From an archaeon (lineage in GTDB: Archaea; Asgardarchaeota; Thorarchaeia; Thorarchaeales; Thorarchaeaceae), in NCBI GenBank assembly GCA_024276825.1, contig JAJRWI010000037.1, positions 28,786 to 92,785 of the forward strand: a stretch of DNA of 64,000 nt. Direction: 5' to 3'. The position numbers were made by a program, and so were the translations under genes. This document shows positions 1-11,000 of this stretch, piece by piece. The notes under the pieces are model-generated. The model was not told the DNA's origin. It worked only from the letters and a program-made list of their open reading frames with translations, and ran no database searches. Position 1 is the first letter of the stretch; each line of letters opens with the position of its first letter.

Positions 1-828
1 GGTCTCAAGCCTACAATCGAATGTGATGATCTGGATGAACTGGAATCAGAATTTCACGCATTAGGACAACGTATCCTAGAACAAGGATTACCTAATGAGC
101 TCCAACCCTTTGTGATTGGGTTTGCTGGGTACGGGAATGTATCAAAAGGAGCACAGTCACTATTCGACATCCTTCCTCATGAAACTATATCTGTAAATCA
201 ACTAGAAACCCTTGAGCCTAAGAGCAATATAATCTACAAATGCGTTTTCAAGGAGGAGGACATGGTTGAACCAATTGATCCCAATGATAGCTTTGAACTC
301 CAAGATTACTATGATAACGGGTCATTAAAATACCGTGGTATCTTTGAAAAGTACATCCCACATCTTATCGTCCTGATGAACTGTATCTTCTGGACAAGCA
401 AATATCCTCGTTTGGTATCTTGTGACTTTATTCGTGAGCACTGGAGAAGCAGAAATCGGAAACTGCGGATTGTTGGGGATATATCTTGTGACGTTCGCGG
501 AGCAATCGAATTCACAATAAAGTGTACCACCCCTGGACACCCTGGTTTTACTTACATACCAACTGAGGATAAAGGACATCTTGGCGTAGAAGGTGATGGT
601 CCAGTTGTAATGGCCGTTGATAATCTACCTACCGAACTACCTAAGGAGTCTTCGACATCCTTTAGTGAAACTCTCCTTCAATTCATTCCTTCTCTAGCCA
701 AGACTGATTTCACTGTTGATTTTGACAAATTGGATCTTCCTAAAGAACTCAAGCGTGCAGTAATAGTGTATCGTGGATCACTGACCAAAAACTACTCTTA
801 TCTCGAACAACATCTATCTAACCTATAG
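1..828 (+). CDS. Lysine-ketoglutarate reductase / saccharopine dehydrogenase (LKR-type domain), 5' truncated by the window edge
   Basis: GYGNVSKGA, NCIFW..KYPRLV, DISCD and MAVDNLPTELP motifs of the AlaDH/PNT-like LKR domain. The frame is open from position 1. Directly upstream of SDH. Confidence 0.8.
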   Translation, partial: GLKPTIECDDLDELESEFHALGQRILEQGLPNELQPFVIGFAGYGNVSKGAQSLFDILPHETISVNQLETLEPKSNIIYKCVFKEEDMVEPIDPNDSFELQDYYDNGSLKYRGIFEKYIPHLIVLMNCIFWTSKYPRLVSCDFIREHWRSRNRKLRIVGDISCDVRGAIEFTIKCTTPGHPGFTYIPTEDKGHLGVEGDGPVVMAVDNLPTELPKESSTSFSETLLQFIPSLAKTDFTVDFDKLDLPKELKRAVIVYRGSLTKNYSYLEQHLSNL

Positions 829-840
829 GGGATGTAAAAA

Positions 841-2157
841 ATGAAACGAGTACTTTGTTTAGGAGCAGGACTTGTGGCTCGTCCATATGTTCAATATTTA
901 TGTAAACATGGTTTTCACGTCACTGTGGCCAGCAGAACGAAGAGCAAGGCCAAGCGCCTTATTGAGGGCTGTGAGAATGCAGAAGCTGTGGTCTTTAACA
1001 TCAAGGATGATGATGAACTCCTCGAGGAATTGACATCAAATGCCGATTTGATATGCTCACTACTTCCCTATACATACCATGTCAAGGCAGCAAAGATTGC
1101 AATTCGTCACGGCAAACATTTCTGTACCACATCATACATCTCTGAAGAGATGCAGAACTTAGACAAGGAGTCCAAGGATGCGGGTGTTCTGCTCTTAAAT
1201 GAGTGTGGCGTAGATCCCGGTATTGATCACATGAGTGCAATGAAGATAATCGACCACATACACAAGAATAATGGGAAAGTCGTCAGTTTCACATCCTTTA
1301 CTGGAGGTCTCCCAGCACCTGACTCAAACAATAATCCCTTCGGATACAAATTATCCTGGAGTCCACGTGGTGTACTTCTAGCTGGTAGAAATGACGCTCA
1401 CTTTCTCCGTGATGGAAAAGAAGTGAAGATTCCTGGTTCTGAACTATTCAACAATTATGAGATATATGAGGTTCCAGGGATGGGCAAATTCGAAGGTTAT
1501 CCAAATAGGGATAGCATGTCATATATTGACATCTATGGAATCCCCGAAACAAAGACAATGCTACGTGGCACTTTTCGTAATTTGGGATGGTGCAGCACAC
1601 TCAAGAAGATTGCTGATCTCGGACTACTTGATATCACTGAGCGTGACCTCTCAGGCCTTACTTATGCTGGAATAATGAAACAACTGATATCATCTACTAA
1701 TAATGATGTCAAGTCCGATGTTGCAAACTATCTCAATCTCTCTCCTAATGATTTGATAATTCAAAGACTTGACTGGTTGGGTCTGTTTACTGATGAGAGT
1801 ATACCTTCTGGAATTACCACCTATCTAGATGCCTTGTGCCATCTGTTTGAAGAGAAGATGCAATATGCTCCTGATGAACGTGATATGATTGTCATGCACC
1901 ACGAGTTCATTGCAGAATACCCCGACCGTAAGGAGAAGATAACCTCCACCCTGATAGATTATGGGATTCCGAATGGTGATAGCTCAATGTCAAGAACCGT
2001 TGCGCTCCCAGTTGCAATCGCAAGCAGGATGATATTGGGGGGCAAGGTCAAGTTAACAGGAGTCCACCGACCGATAATGCCCGAGCTCTACGAACCAATC
2101 CTCAAAGAGCTCAAGGAATATGACATCACTTTTGATGAAAGAATCACTACACTATAA
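841..2157 (+). CDS. Saccharopine dehydrogenase (L-glutamate-forming, Lys9-like)
   Basis: LGAGLVA Rossmann motif; SLLPY, NECGVDPGIDHM, GGLPAP, YKLSWSPRG, YPNRDS, RGTFR motifs. Confidence 0.9.
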   Translation: MKRVLCLGAGLVARPYVQYLCKHGFHVTVASRTKSKAKRLIEGCENAEAVVFNIKDDDELLEELTSNADLICSLLPYTYHVKAAKIAIRHGKHFCTTSYISEEMQNLDKESKDAGVLLLNECGVDPGIDHMSAMKIIDHIHKNNGKVVSFTSFTGGLPAPDSNNNPFGYKLSWSPRGVLLAGRNDAHFLRDGKEVKIPGSELFNNYEIYEVPGMGKFEGYPNRDSMSYIDIYGIPETKTMLRGTFRNLGWCSTLKKIADLGLLDITERDLSGLTYAGIMKQLISSTNNDVKSDVANYLNLSPNDLIIQRLDWLGLFTDESIPSGITTYLDALCHLFEEKMQYAPDERDMIVMHHEFIAEYPDRKEKITSTLIDYGIPNGDSSMSRTVALPVAIASRMILGGKVKLTGVHRPIMPELYEPILKELKEYDITFDERITTL

Positions 2158-2186
2158 TACCAAGGGCTCTCCTCTGAGAGCCTCCT

Positions 2187-2810
2187 TTATTTATCCATTT
2201 GAATCTGAGTTGTGGCCAAAATCTCCTCTGCTTTCTTGATCTCTTTTTGAACCTCGTCCAACTCTGTCTTTAGTCTGTAAGTATAACCAGTTCGGTTGCC
2301 ATAACGCTCTAGATGACCCTTTCCACTGTTCCACATTCTGGCCAAGTAAGTAGATGCTGTGCTTTTTGGAAGGGCCTCCCCAAATGTTGCCTCATAGATT
2401 TCAACAACATCCAACGATGAAAACTTTCCATGTTTGAATGATGCATAGATCACAATCTGAAGCTTTTCAAAATTGCTCATTGAGTCAATATTCATTTTAT
2501 CAATTACTTCTTCCGCTCTCTCTTCAAACTTAATCTCAAACTCAATTCCTGTGCTTGTTTCAAGAAACACCTTAAATTTCTCAAACATCTCTTCTATATT
2601 ACCTTTGACTTGAAGGCTGGACTCCTCACCATTGGTTTCATCAATGATCTTAATTTTAAAGTCAAAAGGTGCATCCGTCAAGGAGAGAATTCTCTTAAAT
2701 CTCCGTAAAGCCTCATTTGGCATAACATACTTGCACTGAAACACCTCCCGCAATCCAGGACCTGAACTATAGGTGAATTCGTAAACATAATTTGTCCTGT
2801 TTCTAGTCAT
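2187..2810 (-). CDS. Hypothetical protein with C-terminal winged-HTH-like domain
   Basis: C-terminal FSSLDVVEIYEATFGEALPKSTASTYLARM...LERYGNRTGYTYRL resembles a wHTH helix-helix-wing. Start uncertain. Confidence 0.55.
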   Translation of the reverse strand: MTRNRTNYVYEFTYSSGPGLREVFQCKYVMPNEALRRFKRILSLTDAPFDFKIKIIDETNGEESSLQVKGNIEEMFEKFKVFLETSTGIEFEIKFEERAEEVIDKMNIDSMSNFEKLQIVIYASFKHGKFSSLDVVEIYEATFGEALPKSTASTYLARMWNSGKGHLERYGNRTGYTYRLKTELDEVQKEIKKAEEILATTQIQMDK

Positions 2811-2848
2811 AATTCTTTACCACCCAGGAGGTAATGCCATATCTATCC

Positions 2849-3282
2849 ATTCACAATTAACATTGGCAATAATCAAATAAATGTGAGTATGTGAATTGAA
2901 CATATTGACACAATATACTCATACTATGTAAATAGCTATATCCGCTCCATCCAGCAGTTCTCTTAAATATTATTGACTGAGATTGCCGAATTATGATAAA
3001 TAAAACATGTATAAGTCTGTTTCATTGCTTTTGAACGTTATCTCCACAGATTTCATCATTCACATATCTCATTATTTTGTGAATGAAAAAATACTCATGT
3101 CATATCTCTTATTGTCATATTCCAGTGGAAACAAAGGGGTGGCACCATTCACATGATATTTGTGTCATTATATCCCTCCATTTGTTGAAAAGAACTTTTT
3201 GAATTCCAATAATGAATATTATATTCACAATAATGGCGCCATTCACAGGCATTCATAGTGAGCCAATGTGAAAGATGTGAAA
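2849..3282. repeat. Cluster of ATTCACA/TGTGAAT heptamers in a candidate oriC
   Basis: Exact copies at 2849, 2890(rc), 3058, 3078(rc), 3147, 3223 and 3241. Variants at 2882, 3251, 3267 and 3276. Confidence 0.75.
3120..3140 (+). promoter_or_regulatory. Origin recognition box (ORB), Orc1/Cdc6 binding site
   Basis: TTCCAGTGGAAACAAAGGGGT fits the archaeal ORB pattern (TCCA...GAAAC plus G-string) and lies in a 530-bp AT-rich intergenic region. Confidence 0.75.
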
Positions 3283-3340
3283 CATAAACTTTGAGCAAAT
3301 TTTATTGAGTTCTAATAAATCTCACAGCTCTTAACTTATC

Positions 3341-4345
3341 TCACTGAGGCATCATTAAATCACATGGATTAGATCCCAAAACTACTTGGCAGAACTTGTC
3401 CTCTGACCTATGATCATGAACAATCTCAAGAGTTCCCTCGACTCTAACTATCATCCCACATTTTGCCTGTTCAGTAAATCTTCCCCTATAACTTACTATT
3501 TGCTTTATTCGTTTGTCATTTTCACAACTAACTCTGTATGTACAGGGCGTAAAAATTGAATCATTGTCATCAATAATCTTACAAAGAAAATGCCCTCTTC
3601 CCAACATTTTGTAGGTAATATCATAGTATTGCACTCCAACTTCATGAGGATATTTTACTAGTCTGATATAGAATGGATATGACTGAAAAATCCCCTGCAG
3701 CACTTTTCTCTTCTCTATCTCTCTCAATCTGGTCCAATTATGACAATCTCCCCACCTGAACCTTGTGATTTCATCGAGGGCCAGACCCTCATAACGCTTG
3801 ATTTGTGATTGAAGTTCAATATCATTCTGCAATACTTCGAATACTTTTCTTGCGTTTACTTCACCATATACTACCAAATCAATATCAGATTCTGGGGTAG
3901 CGAGACCTGCTAATATGGAACCTGTTATTCCAAATGCCCTTGGCGATGCGCCTGATTTTGATACTAACAAATTAACCAATTTTTTCGCAGCATTAGCAAC
4001 TGGGCATACTTGATAGTCATCATCATTCATCAAGCATACTGCTTTGACTGGATTAAGAACCTCTTTAAAATCTTCAAATTTTACAGACTGCAACACTCTA
4101 TCATTTCTAGAATCATACCAGAAATATTTTGGATAATTCTCCCGAAGAAACTTCTCTCTCTCTAGCAGGTTATAGATCTTCATATAATGTATATTCTCTC
4201 TAATTCTTGGTGAGTCCTTACAAATTGGGACATATCGCACATAAGCAATTTTTCTATCATCTGGATGAATTACTCCCTTTACTTCAAATATTAAATTATC
4301 AGAGGTGACTATAAAATAGCCCTCTATTGGATCCGGATTGTTCAT
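3341..4345 (-). CDS. Archaeal predicted nucleotidyltransferase (pol-beta superfamily)
   Basis: GITGSIL...SDIDLVVYG (GS..DxD motif); N-terminal FEVKG..HP..R..AY.RY. Confidence 0.75.
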   Translation of the reverse strand: MNNPDPIEGYFIVTSDNLIFEVKGVIHPDDRKIAYVRYVPICKDSPRIRENIHYMKIYNLLEREKFLRENYPKYFWYDSRNDRVLQSVKFEDFKEVLNPVKAVCLMNDDDYQVCPVANAAKKLVNLLVSKSGASPRAFGITGSILAGLATPESDIDLVVYGEVNARKVFEVLQNDIELQSQIKRYEGLALDEITRFRWGDCHNWTRLREIEKRKVLQGIFQSYPFYIRLVKYPHEVGVQYYDITYKMLGRGHFLCKIIDDNDSIFTPCTYRVSCENDKRIKQIVSYRGRFTEQAKCGMIVRVEGTLEIVHDHRSEDKFCQVVLGSNPCDLMMPQ

Positions 4346-4405
4346 TTGAATACGACCTTTACGTGGTGAGTTAAAATAAAAAGACTGACTGTTAGCTACT
4401 AAATC

Positions 4406-5626
4406 ATGACTTCTGCTATAAATATACGAACCGATTTTCCAATTTTGAAAAACAATCCTGAGCTTGTTTATTTGGACTCAGCCAGTACAACTCTGGTACC
4501 AGAGAAAGTAATCTCCGCATCTGCCAAATTTCTGTCTGAAATTGCTGTTGTATCTAGAAGAGGAGCTCATCACCTAGCTGTGGAAGGGGGACAAATAGTT
4601 GAAAGAGCGCGTGAGAAACTGGCTTCTTTTCTCAATACAGAACCCGCGCTATTATCATTCCAGAAGTCAATCTCCTCAGCAATTGCATCATTAGCCCTTG
4701 GTTATGATTGGAATGGTAAGAAAAGGGAGAGAATCGCCGTCCTGATGAGTGAGGAGAACTCTATACTTGTGACTCTAATGAGAATATCTGAAATAATGGG
4801 ACTCGCTATCGATTTAATTGAAGTTGATGGTTCTGGGTCTGCATCAATTGAAAGTGCAAAAGATATTATTTCTCAGAAAACTGGTCTAGTTGCTGCAAGT
4901 GCCGTTGTTGTAGGTACTGGTGCCCATAACCCCCTTTTTGACTTGGCAGCGATCACACATGAAGCAGGCGCTCTTTTGGTATGCGATGCGTCCAGAATGA
5001 TTGGATTCCAGCCAGTGAGTATTTCCGATCTTAGTTGTGATATTGCATTATTCTCAGGAAATCTTGGTCTGATGTCCCCCCCGGGACTTACAATCCAATG
5101 GACCAATGAAGAGGCATCACAATCCTTGCTGCCTGGCATAGTCGGTAGCTCTAGTGTTTCCGATGTTACTGCAACCTCTTTTCAAATTGCATTATATCCC
5201 GACAAATTTGAATCTGGAACCCTTAATATCCCTGCCATAGCTGGATTAATAGAATCAATAGATTATCTCAGCAAAATGCAAAACTCTGGCGCCTACGAAC
5301 ACCTCTCCTCAATATCGAAATATCTCTATGAACGACTAAGAGGACTTGATAATATTAAACTTTATAGTCCAGAAAATGGCAAAAACTTGACTATTTTTGG
5401 CCTAAACATTCAAACAACAGATGATACAATCAACTGTCATGACGTTGCATTGTTCTTAGATGACCTAGAGATAGCCACTCGAAGCGGGCTTTTGTGTGCA
5501 CATCCATTTGTTCGAACATTATCCCAAGATGGAATAATACAACTCTCTCTTCATATATATAATACAAGGGATGATATTGACCACTTCATTGAAGCTATAG
5601 AAACAATTGCCAATGAATTGACGTAG
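4406..5626 (+). CDS. SufS/cysteine desulfurase-like class V aminotransferase-fold protein (PLP lysine absent)
   Basis: IRTDFPIL, YLDSAST, FESGT and RSGLLCAHP present; the SGHK motif reads SGNL. Confidence 0.8.
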   Translation: MTSAINIRTDFPILKNNPELVYLDSASTTLVPEKVISASAKFLSEIAVVSRRGAHHLAVEGGQIVERAREKLASFLNTEPALLSFQKSISSAIASLALGYDWNGKKRERIAVLMSEENSILVTLMRISEIMGLAIDLIEVDGSGSASIESAKDIISQKTGLVAASAVVVGTGAHNPLFDLAAITHEAGALLVCDASRMIGFQPVSISDLSCDIALFSGNLGLMSPPGLTIQWTNEEASQSLLPGIVGSSSVSDVTATSFQIALYPDKFESGTLNIPAIAGLIESIDYLSKMQNSGAYEHLSSISKYLYERLRGLDNIKLYSPENGKNLTIFGLNIQTTDDTINCHDVALFLDDLEIATRSGLLCAHPFVRTLSQDGIIQLSLHIYNTRDDIDHFIEAIETIANELT

Positions 5627-5646
5627 CAAACATAGGAAAGAGCTGA

Positions 5647-5810
5647 TGAACTGTAAATCTCAGAAGCGGAAAGATCGTGCAAAGTTATCATGTCAATCAG
5701 AATTGGGGCCATGACAAAAACTTGATGTTTCCACTTCTACTATCAGAAGATGGGAATGCATGGTCCTTGCTCGGACGGTTCATCTTTCGATGATAAGTTT
5801 AGAACATCCA
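5647..5810 (+). mobile_element. IS607-derived mini-element, copy D (shortest class, degenerate)
   Basis: Aligns by eye with the other four copies. MerR-HTH remnant (VSTSTIRRWE) joined at GAAtGCA to the right-end segment. End coordinate approximate. Confidence 0.7.
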
Positions 5811-5904
5811 TAGATCTCAGTAAAGAGATTTATTGAAGTTTTTTCTCACCAGTGAGAAAGGCTTATTTATACTCGGCCATCACTCCAATCAAATTCCAGC
5901 AACG

Positions 5905-5982
5905 GCCCCGGTAGTGTAGTCCGGTCCAGCATGAGGGACTCTCGATCCCTCGACCCGGGTTCAAATCCCGGCCGGGGCACCA
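5905..5982 (+). tRNA. tRNA-Glu(CTC)
   Basis: Acceptor GCCCCGG/CCGGGGC, anticodon arm AGGGA-CTCTCGA-TCCCT, TTCAAAT T-loop, encoded CCA. Confidence 0.95.
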
Positions 5983-5993
5983 CTACTTCCATA

Positions 5994-7973
5994 TCAAGAA
6001 CCGATAAGATATCTCTGTCTTAGAAAAGGGGCAATTGCTGAAAAAACAATCGTCATACAACTTGCTAGCAATCCATTAATCCCAATACCTTGGGCTGCAT
6101 GAGCTTGAGCTTGATTAATAATAATGAAAAAGGTTCCACTGGACTGAGCTAGCCCATTTATATGCCGCGTTTCATAATACAATAAGAATGTGCCATTCGA
6201 ATTGGGCATTGGAATGCTTAAGTAAATCACTCCAGATTCATCACTTTTTGTATAACCCTCCTGCTCAAGCCAATAGTAATCAAAGTCCAATCCATGAATT
6301 TGTGTTCCATTTCGAGCTATTGTTAGTAAATACATTGAAATTTGCCTTAATGGAACTACAAGACTATATGAAATCATAATAACATCGACAGGAATCTGGT
6401 GGGAAACGTGATATTCGTATCTGAACTCGCTTGAAAGATAATATGACGTATTATCTCCTTGAAAAATTAAACTCACATAATCAGGTCCATTTTCAGACTG
6501 TGCTCTACACTCGATAGATGCATATCCGCTCTCATTAGTAAGGATAAATTGGTGAAAAGATCCATTTTCCTTTGAAACTAGGAATCCCACTTCTGAAAGC
6601 GCCCCCACACTGTCCTCTAATCTACATGTCAGAGTAATTCTTTGCATGGGCATTGCATAGCCGCAAATGCTCTCGGCAATTATATTGAACCTTGGCTTTG
6701 ACCAAACATTAATGGTAATGTTCAATGTCTTATTACTGATAAATGGTTGATCAATTATAACAACGGTTAACGTTCTTGGTCCGTTTGGTCCAATCGGAAT
6801 GTATGGAATTTGGACCCTTTCAGTATTTTTTGTCTTAGTCCAATATGTATAGTTAGAAATTTGATCTGATACCCCAATAGTCATATTTTCATAGGGCCTG
6901 CCAAGAGCATCATTTATTGACAAAATTAAACTTGAATAAGAATAGGCAACAACCCTTTCGGGCAATATTGTCTTTAATATTGCCATACTATATACATTAA
7001 TTTCCATCTTTAAACTAGCTTTTTCATATCTGTAATTTCCTGAAAACTGCACTCCAATTATATGTTTACCAATGTCAACTGTGTTATTAATTATTATGGA
7101 GATGTTGGCAATACCTTCGCTATTTGTTATCCAAGTTCCCAAATATGTGTTATCAATAATAACATCAAGTTCTATCCCACTTAGTGGAATATCATTCGAA
7201 TGAACATAGAAAACTAAATTCATTGAATCATTAAGATTTGCATCCTTATTAACAAATCCAAACTCACTAATTGCAACTTGCAGTTGACGATATTCAATAA
7301 TGACGGTTTTAACAGCACCAAGACAAAACAATTGATCACTGTTAACGCTGACTAATTTCACAGCATTTGTTCCCAAATTAAATAAGGATGAATTATATTC
7401 AATCTTAAATTTAAAATAACCAGATGAATTTGTGAATGTTGAAAAAATATACTGATCATTAACAAAGGCTGATACACAGATGTTTGAAACACCATTGCCC
7501 ACATCATCGACTATTCGTGCGCTGATTGAATAATTATCTCCAGGGGCAAGAAGAGTATCATCTGACAATATGAGAATCTCTGTTCGTGAAAAAATTGTAA
7601 TCACAGTCCATTGAGCTGAGGGATCTAAAAACAAACTGTCATTCCCTCTGAATGTTGAATTAATTAATGTTTCACCAAGTGGCTGCGTCAATGGAATGTC
7701 CCATTGAATTGATGCAACTCCATTCTCATCTGTCAATGCCATTCCAAGAAAAATGTCATTTGTTTCATCATAAAACTCTATTCTCTGATTCGATATTGGA
7801 TCACCATATGTGATATTTTGTAGAAGAACTGCTGTAATAGTGATAGTATCCCCCCTACAAATTGGGGTTTCCTCCGCATTTACAAATACTGCTCCATTAT
7901 CCAGTATCATAATGACTGAAATTGCTATTGTTAATATTGCTAGTAATCGAGGAGCATTCATCATTATCACCAA
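5994..7973 (-). CDS. Secreted or membrane-anchored protein with repeated Ig-like beta-sandwich domains
   Basis: N-terminal signal peptide, recurrent TDENG/TNSSG/TNSEG/TNESG turns, many NxS/T sequons, C-terminal hydrophobic helix followed by RQR. Confidence 0.7.
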   Translation of the reverse strand: MVIMMNAPRLLAILTIAISVIMILDNGAVFVNAEETPICRGDTITITAVLLQNITYGDPISNQRIEFYDETNDIFLGMALTDENGVASIQWDIPLTQPLGETLINSTFRGNDSLFLDPSAQWTVITIFSRTEILILSDDTLLAPGDNYSISARIVDDVGNGVSNICVSAFVNDQYIFSTFTNSSGYFKFKIEYNSSLFNLGTNAVKLVSVNSDQLFCLGAVKTVIIEYRQLQVAISEFGFVNKDANLNDSMNLVFYVHSNDIPLSGIELDVIIDNTYLGTWITNSEGIANISIIINNTVDIGKHIIGVQFSGNYRYEKASLKMEINVYSMAILKTILPERVVAYSYSSLILSINDALGRPYENMTIGVSDQISNYTYWTKTKNTERVQIPYIPIGPNGPRTLTVVIIDQPFISNKTLNITINVWSKPRFNIIAESICGYAMPMQRITLTCRLEDSVGALSEVGFLVSKENGSFHQFILTNESGYASIECRAQSENGPDYVSLIFQGDNTSYYLSSEFRYEYHVSHQIPVDVIMISYSLVVPLRQISMYLLTIARNGTQIHGLDFDYYWLEQEGYTKSDESGVIYLSIPMPNSNGTFLLYYETRHINGLAQSSGTFFIIINQAQAHAAQGIGINGLLASCMTIVFSAIAPFLRQRYLIGS

Positions 7974-8093
7974 TGATTGTAAATTCTCACAAATTCTAAC
8001 TCTCCGATAACTAATAATCTCCTACAGGAAAATCTGTGGAGTTCTTATGTCGCGCAGAATACTATTATGTGATCAGAGGTTGAGGTCTTCGCA

Positions 8094-11000
8094 TTGCTAT
8101 CTTTCAAACATCCTCGGAAAAACCATTTAAAAACAAATGGAGCCCCCCCTTCATACATCCAAAAAATGCATAGATTTGTTGATAAATTTTGGATTTTTGT
8201 AACTCTAACAAATATATCATATTTTCTTATTGTGTACATCCTTCCCCTTTATACGACTTTACCCGTTCCCTATATTCCCACAAAATCATTTGTTGAGATT
8301 AGCCTATTTTTATGCACATTAATAATAAGCGGGCTTTTGCTATGGCATCGACTAGCACTTGATAAACTCAAATTAGAAACCGAAGACTTTCTATTAATAC
8401 TGAGCTATGGAAAAATGAGAATTGCCACATGTTGTCTAGAGATTGCATCAGTACCTGGATCAGTCACCCTTGATTCCGACTCAACCCCAAAATACAACAC
8501 TGCCATGTTGCTTGCAATCAGAGAGGGAATGTGTAAGAAATGCAACATTACTTACGAAGTTGGTATAGTCGATATGAAACCCTATCTTCGTATCTTCATT
8601 AGTTCTGTCCACCAGAATATCTCGGTCTTACGCGATATATTGCATAGAGAAGCTACCAGAATTGAAGCAATTCTTCTTGCGTCTTTAGGAAATGTTGAAC
8701 TAGAACTAATAAGAGGTAGATCTTTGGCGGATGCCGTGGTTTCATTACCTTCTAACATTAGCTTAGAAGATATAGACGGCCTTGTAAGAAGCACCCTTGA
8801 GCACCAAGCACTTTTGATAATTAGTGGTACTCCCTCAATTTCGCCCACTCAATCTTCATCTCAGATTGGGTCTCTAATATCAGCTGCTTTGCGTCAAGGC
8901 GACTCAATACGTTTTGTATGTACTTTCTCAAAAGCATCAATCGGAAAGAATCGCAAGAGTATGGAGAGTGAGTGGAAACATATTCGAGAACGAGAAAAAA
9001 GAAAGGAGGATACATTGGCTGATCAGATTGCAAAACGAAAACTAATCAAAGATTTTGATGAAACTTATGACAATGTTGGTTGGTTCAACACTTCTACATA
9101 TGTAATTTGCACAATTCATGATGATAAAGAAAGGCGAATGATAACCAATAGGATCTCTGGTCTGATACTTTCAATATGGGGTGGAAGGGGACTTTTGACA
9201 ATTAGGGAAATACCCATCAATACTCGCCGCCTAGTTAGAATAATAACTCGTCGTCATTTGCATGCAACTTCTATGCATGTTTCACGACTTGCAGCTTTTG
9301 TCAACACTCCCGTTCAGTATACTCCAGCTATTAGTCCTGTTGAAACGCCAGCCTTCAGTACTCCCCTGCCCTCCTTTGTTGAGAATGAAATTAATATTGG
9401 ACATGTGATATATGGTGGCCGAAAGATAAGCAAGGCAGGTCTAAAAATTGAATGGCTTAGAGAGCATATTGCCATACTTGGTGCCACTGGAACTGGGAAG
9501 ACCACTTTGGTAAAAAGAATAATGGCACAGTTATGTATAACAACTAAAATCCCGTGGTGGATTTTTGATATCAAGGGATCCGAATATGTTGAACTTGTTC
9601 AGAAGGCTGACCCGAGCATTTTAGTAATAAAGCCAGGTTTTGACTCTGGCTTCTCAATTGGCATATTAGAAACAGAAAGTGACGATGTGCAATATATGGT
9701 GGAGTCCACATTTCAACTATTGCGTGAACTATTGAAGGAACATAACACATCCTCGGAATTGACACCTGCAATGGAACGGCTCTTATATGAATCATTGATT
9801 AAACTTGCATCATCATAAAATCAGTCAATCACTGGTTTGATAAGCATTATTCAATCATTGTCTAAGAATCAAGAGTTCGGTGACTTGACCCGTGATGCAC
9901 TTATTAATCGCTTGCAGATTATCACGAGAAAACCTCTCAAAACTATATTCAGCACTAAAAGGCCTACGAAACTAGCCGATTTACTCAATAGGAGAGTAAT
10001 ATTTGATCTCAGTTATGTGGCCAGAAAGGGTGGACTTGATACAGCACGGTTTCTTTATAATCTGGTGGCCAAAAGAATTTTTGATAATGCAATGCGTAGA
10101 GGCATCAAGCAAGGCCTTCATCATGTAATAGTACTGGAAGAAGCAAACAATCTTGTACCCGAAAGCTATATTCGCTCATCATCTGCAGATGTGACAACTG
10201 GCGAATCCATGGTAATGCTGCAGAGGGCCACTGGTCAAGGTGTTATTGTAGTATCAACAAGACCAAACATATCCTCTAATATACTTGCAAATACAGCGAC
10301 CAAGATAATGTTTAGACTACCATATGATAGTGCAATTGGCGCTAGATTCCTGTCTCTAGATGAATCCCAAGAACGCTATTTGCGAATGTTGAAATGCGGT
10401 AAAGCTATTGTTGTAATGCCACACACAGAAGCCTTTGAAATTATTACCGAACCCTTCATCATGTCTGATTTCAAATCCGACGAAACTCATACTGGTTCTG
10501 AAGCGATCGAATATGGCCAAGAATCATTTGAACCAATGGAGTCAACAAGAAAGTCTGTAAAAGTGTTTGATAGAAACCCCGAGATATCTACTCATGTTGT
10601 TGCTTGGCTCGCATCACAAAAGATGGCAACCGAAGATCAATTGGTAAAGTTGTTACGATCAATCAACAATAGCATTGACAAATCTGATGCACAGGAGATA
10701 ATCAGTGACCTCGTATCAATCGGATCAATCGAACGTGAAGCCATCCCATTAGTGGATGGGGGTGCAATCTTTGCATTGCCTGGTCATGGACTAGAATCAG
10801 TCAGAAATGTAATATTAGAATTCATTAAAGAACGTCTTTACAAAACTAACATATCTGATACCGAAACGGACCCAATTGACCTGATAATTGATGATACTGC
10901 TATTATGATTATCACTGAACACATTACATCCTCACTTATTCATTTGGTCATCGAGAGAATAAAGTCAGTAATGATTGAACTGGGTCATGAAGTATCTCGA

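Noticed and set aside
2849-3282. CRISPR array
   Set aside because: The repeats are 7-14 nt, in both orientations and irregularly spaced; there are no cas genes in the window.
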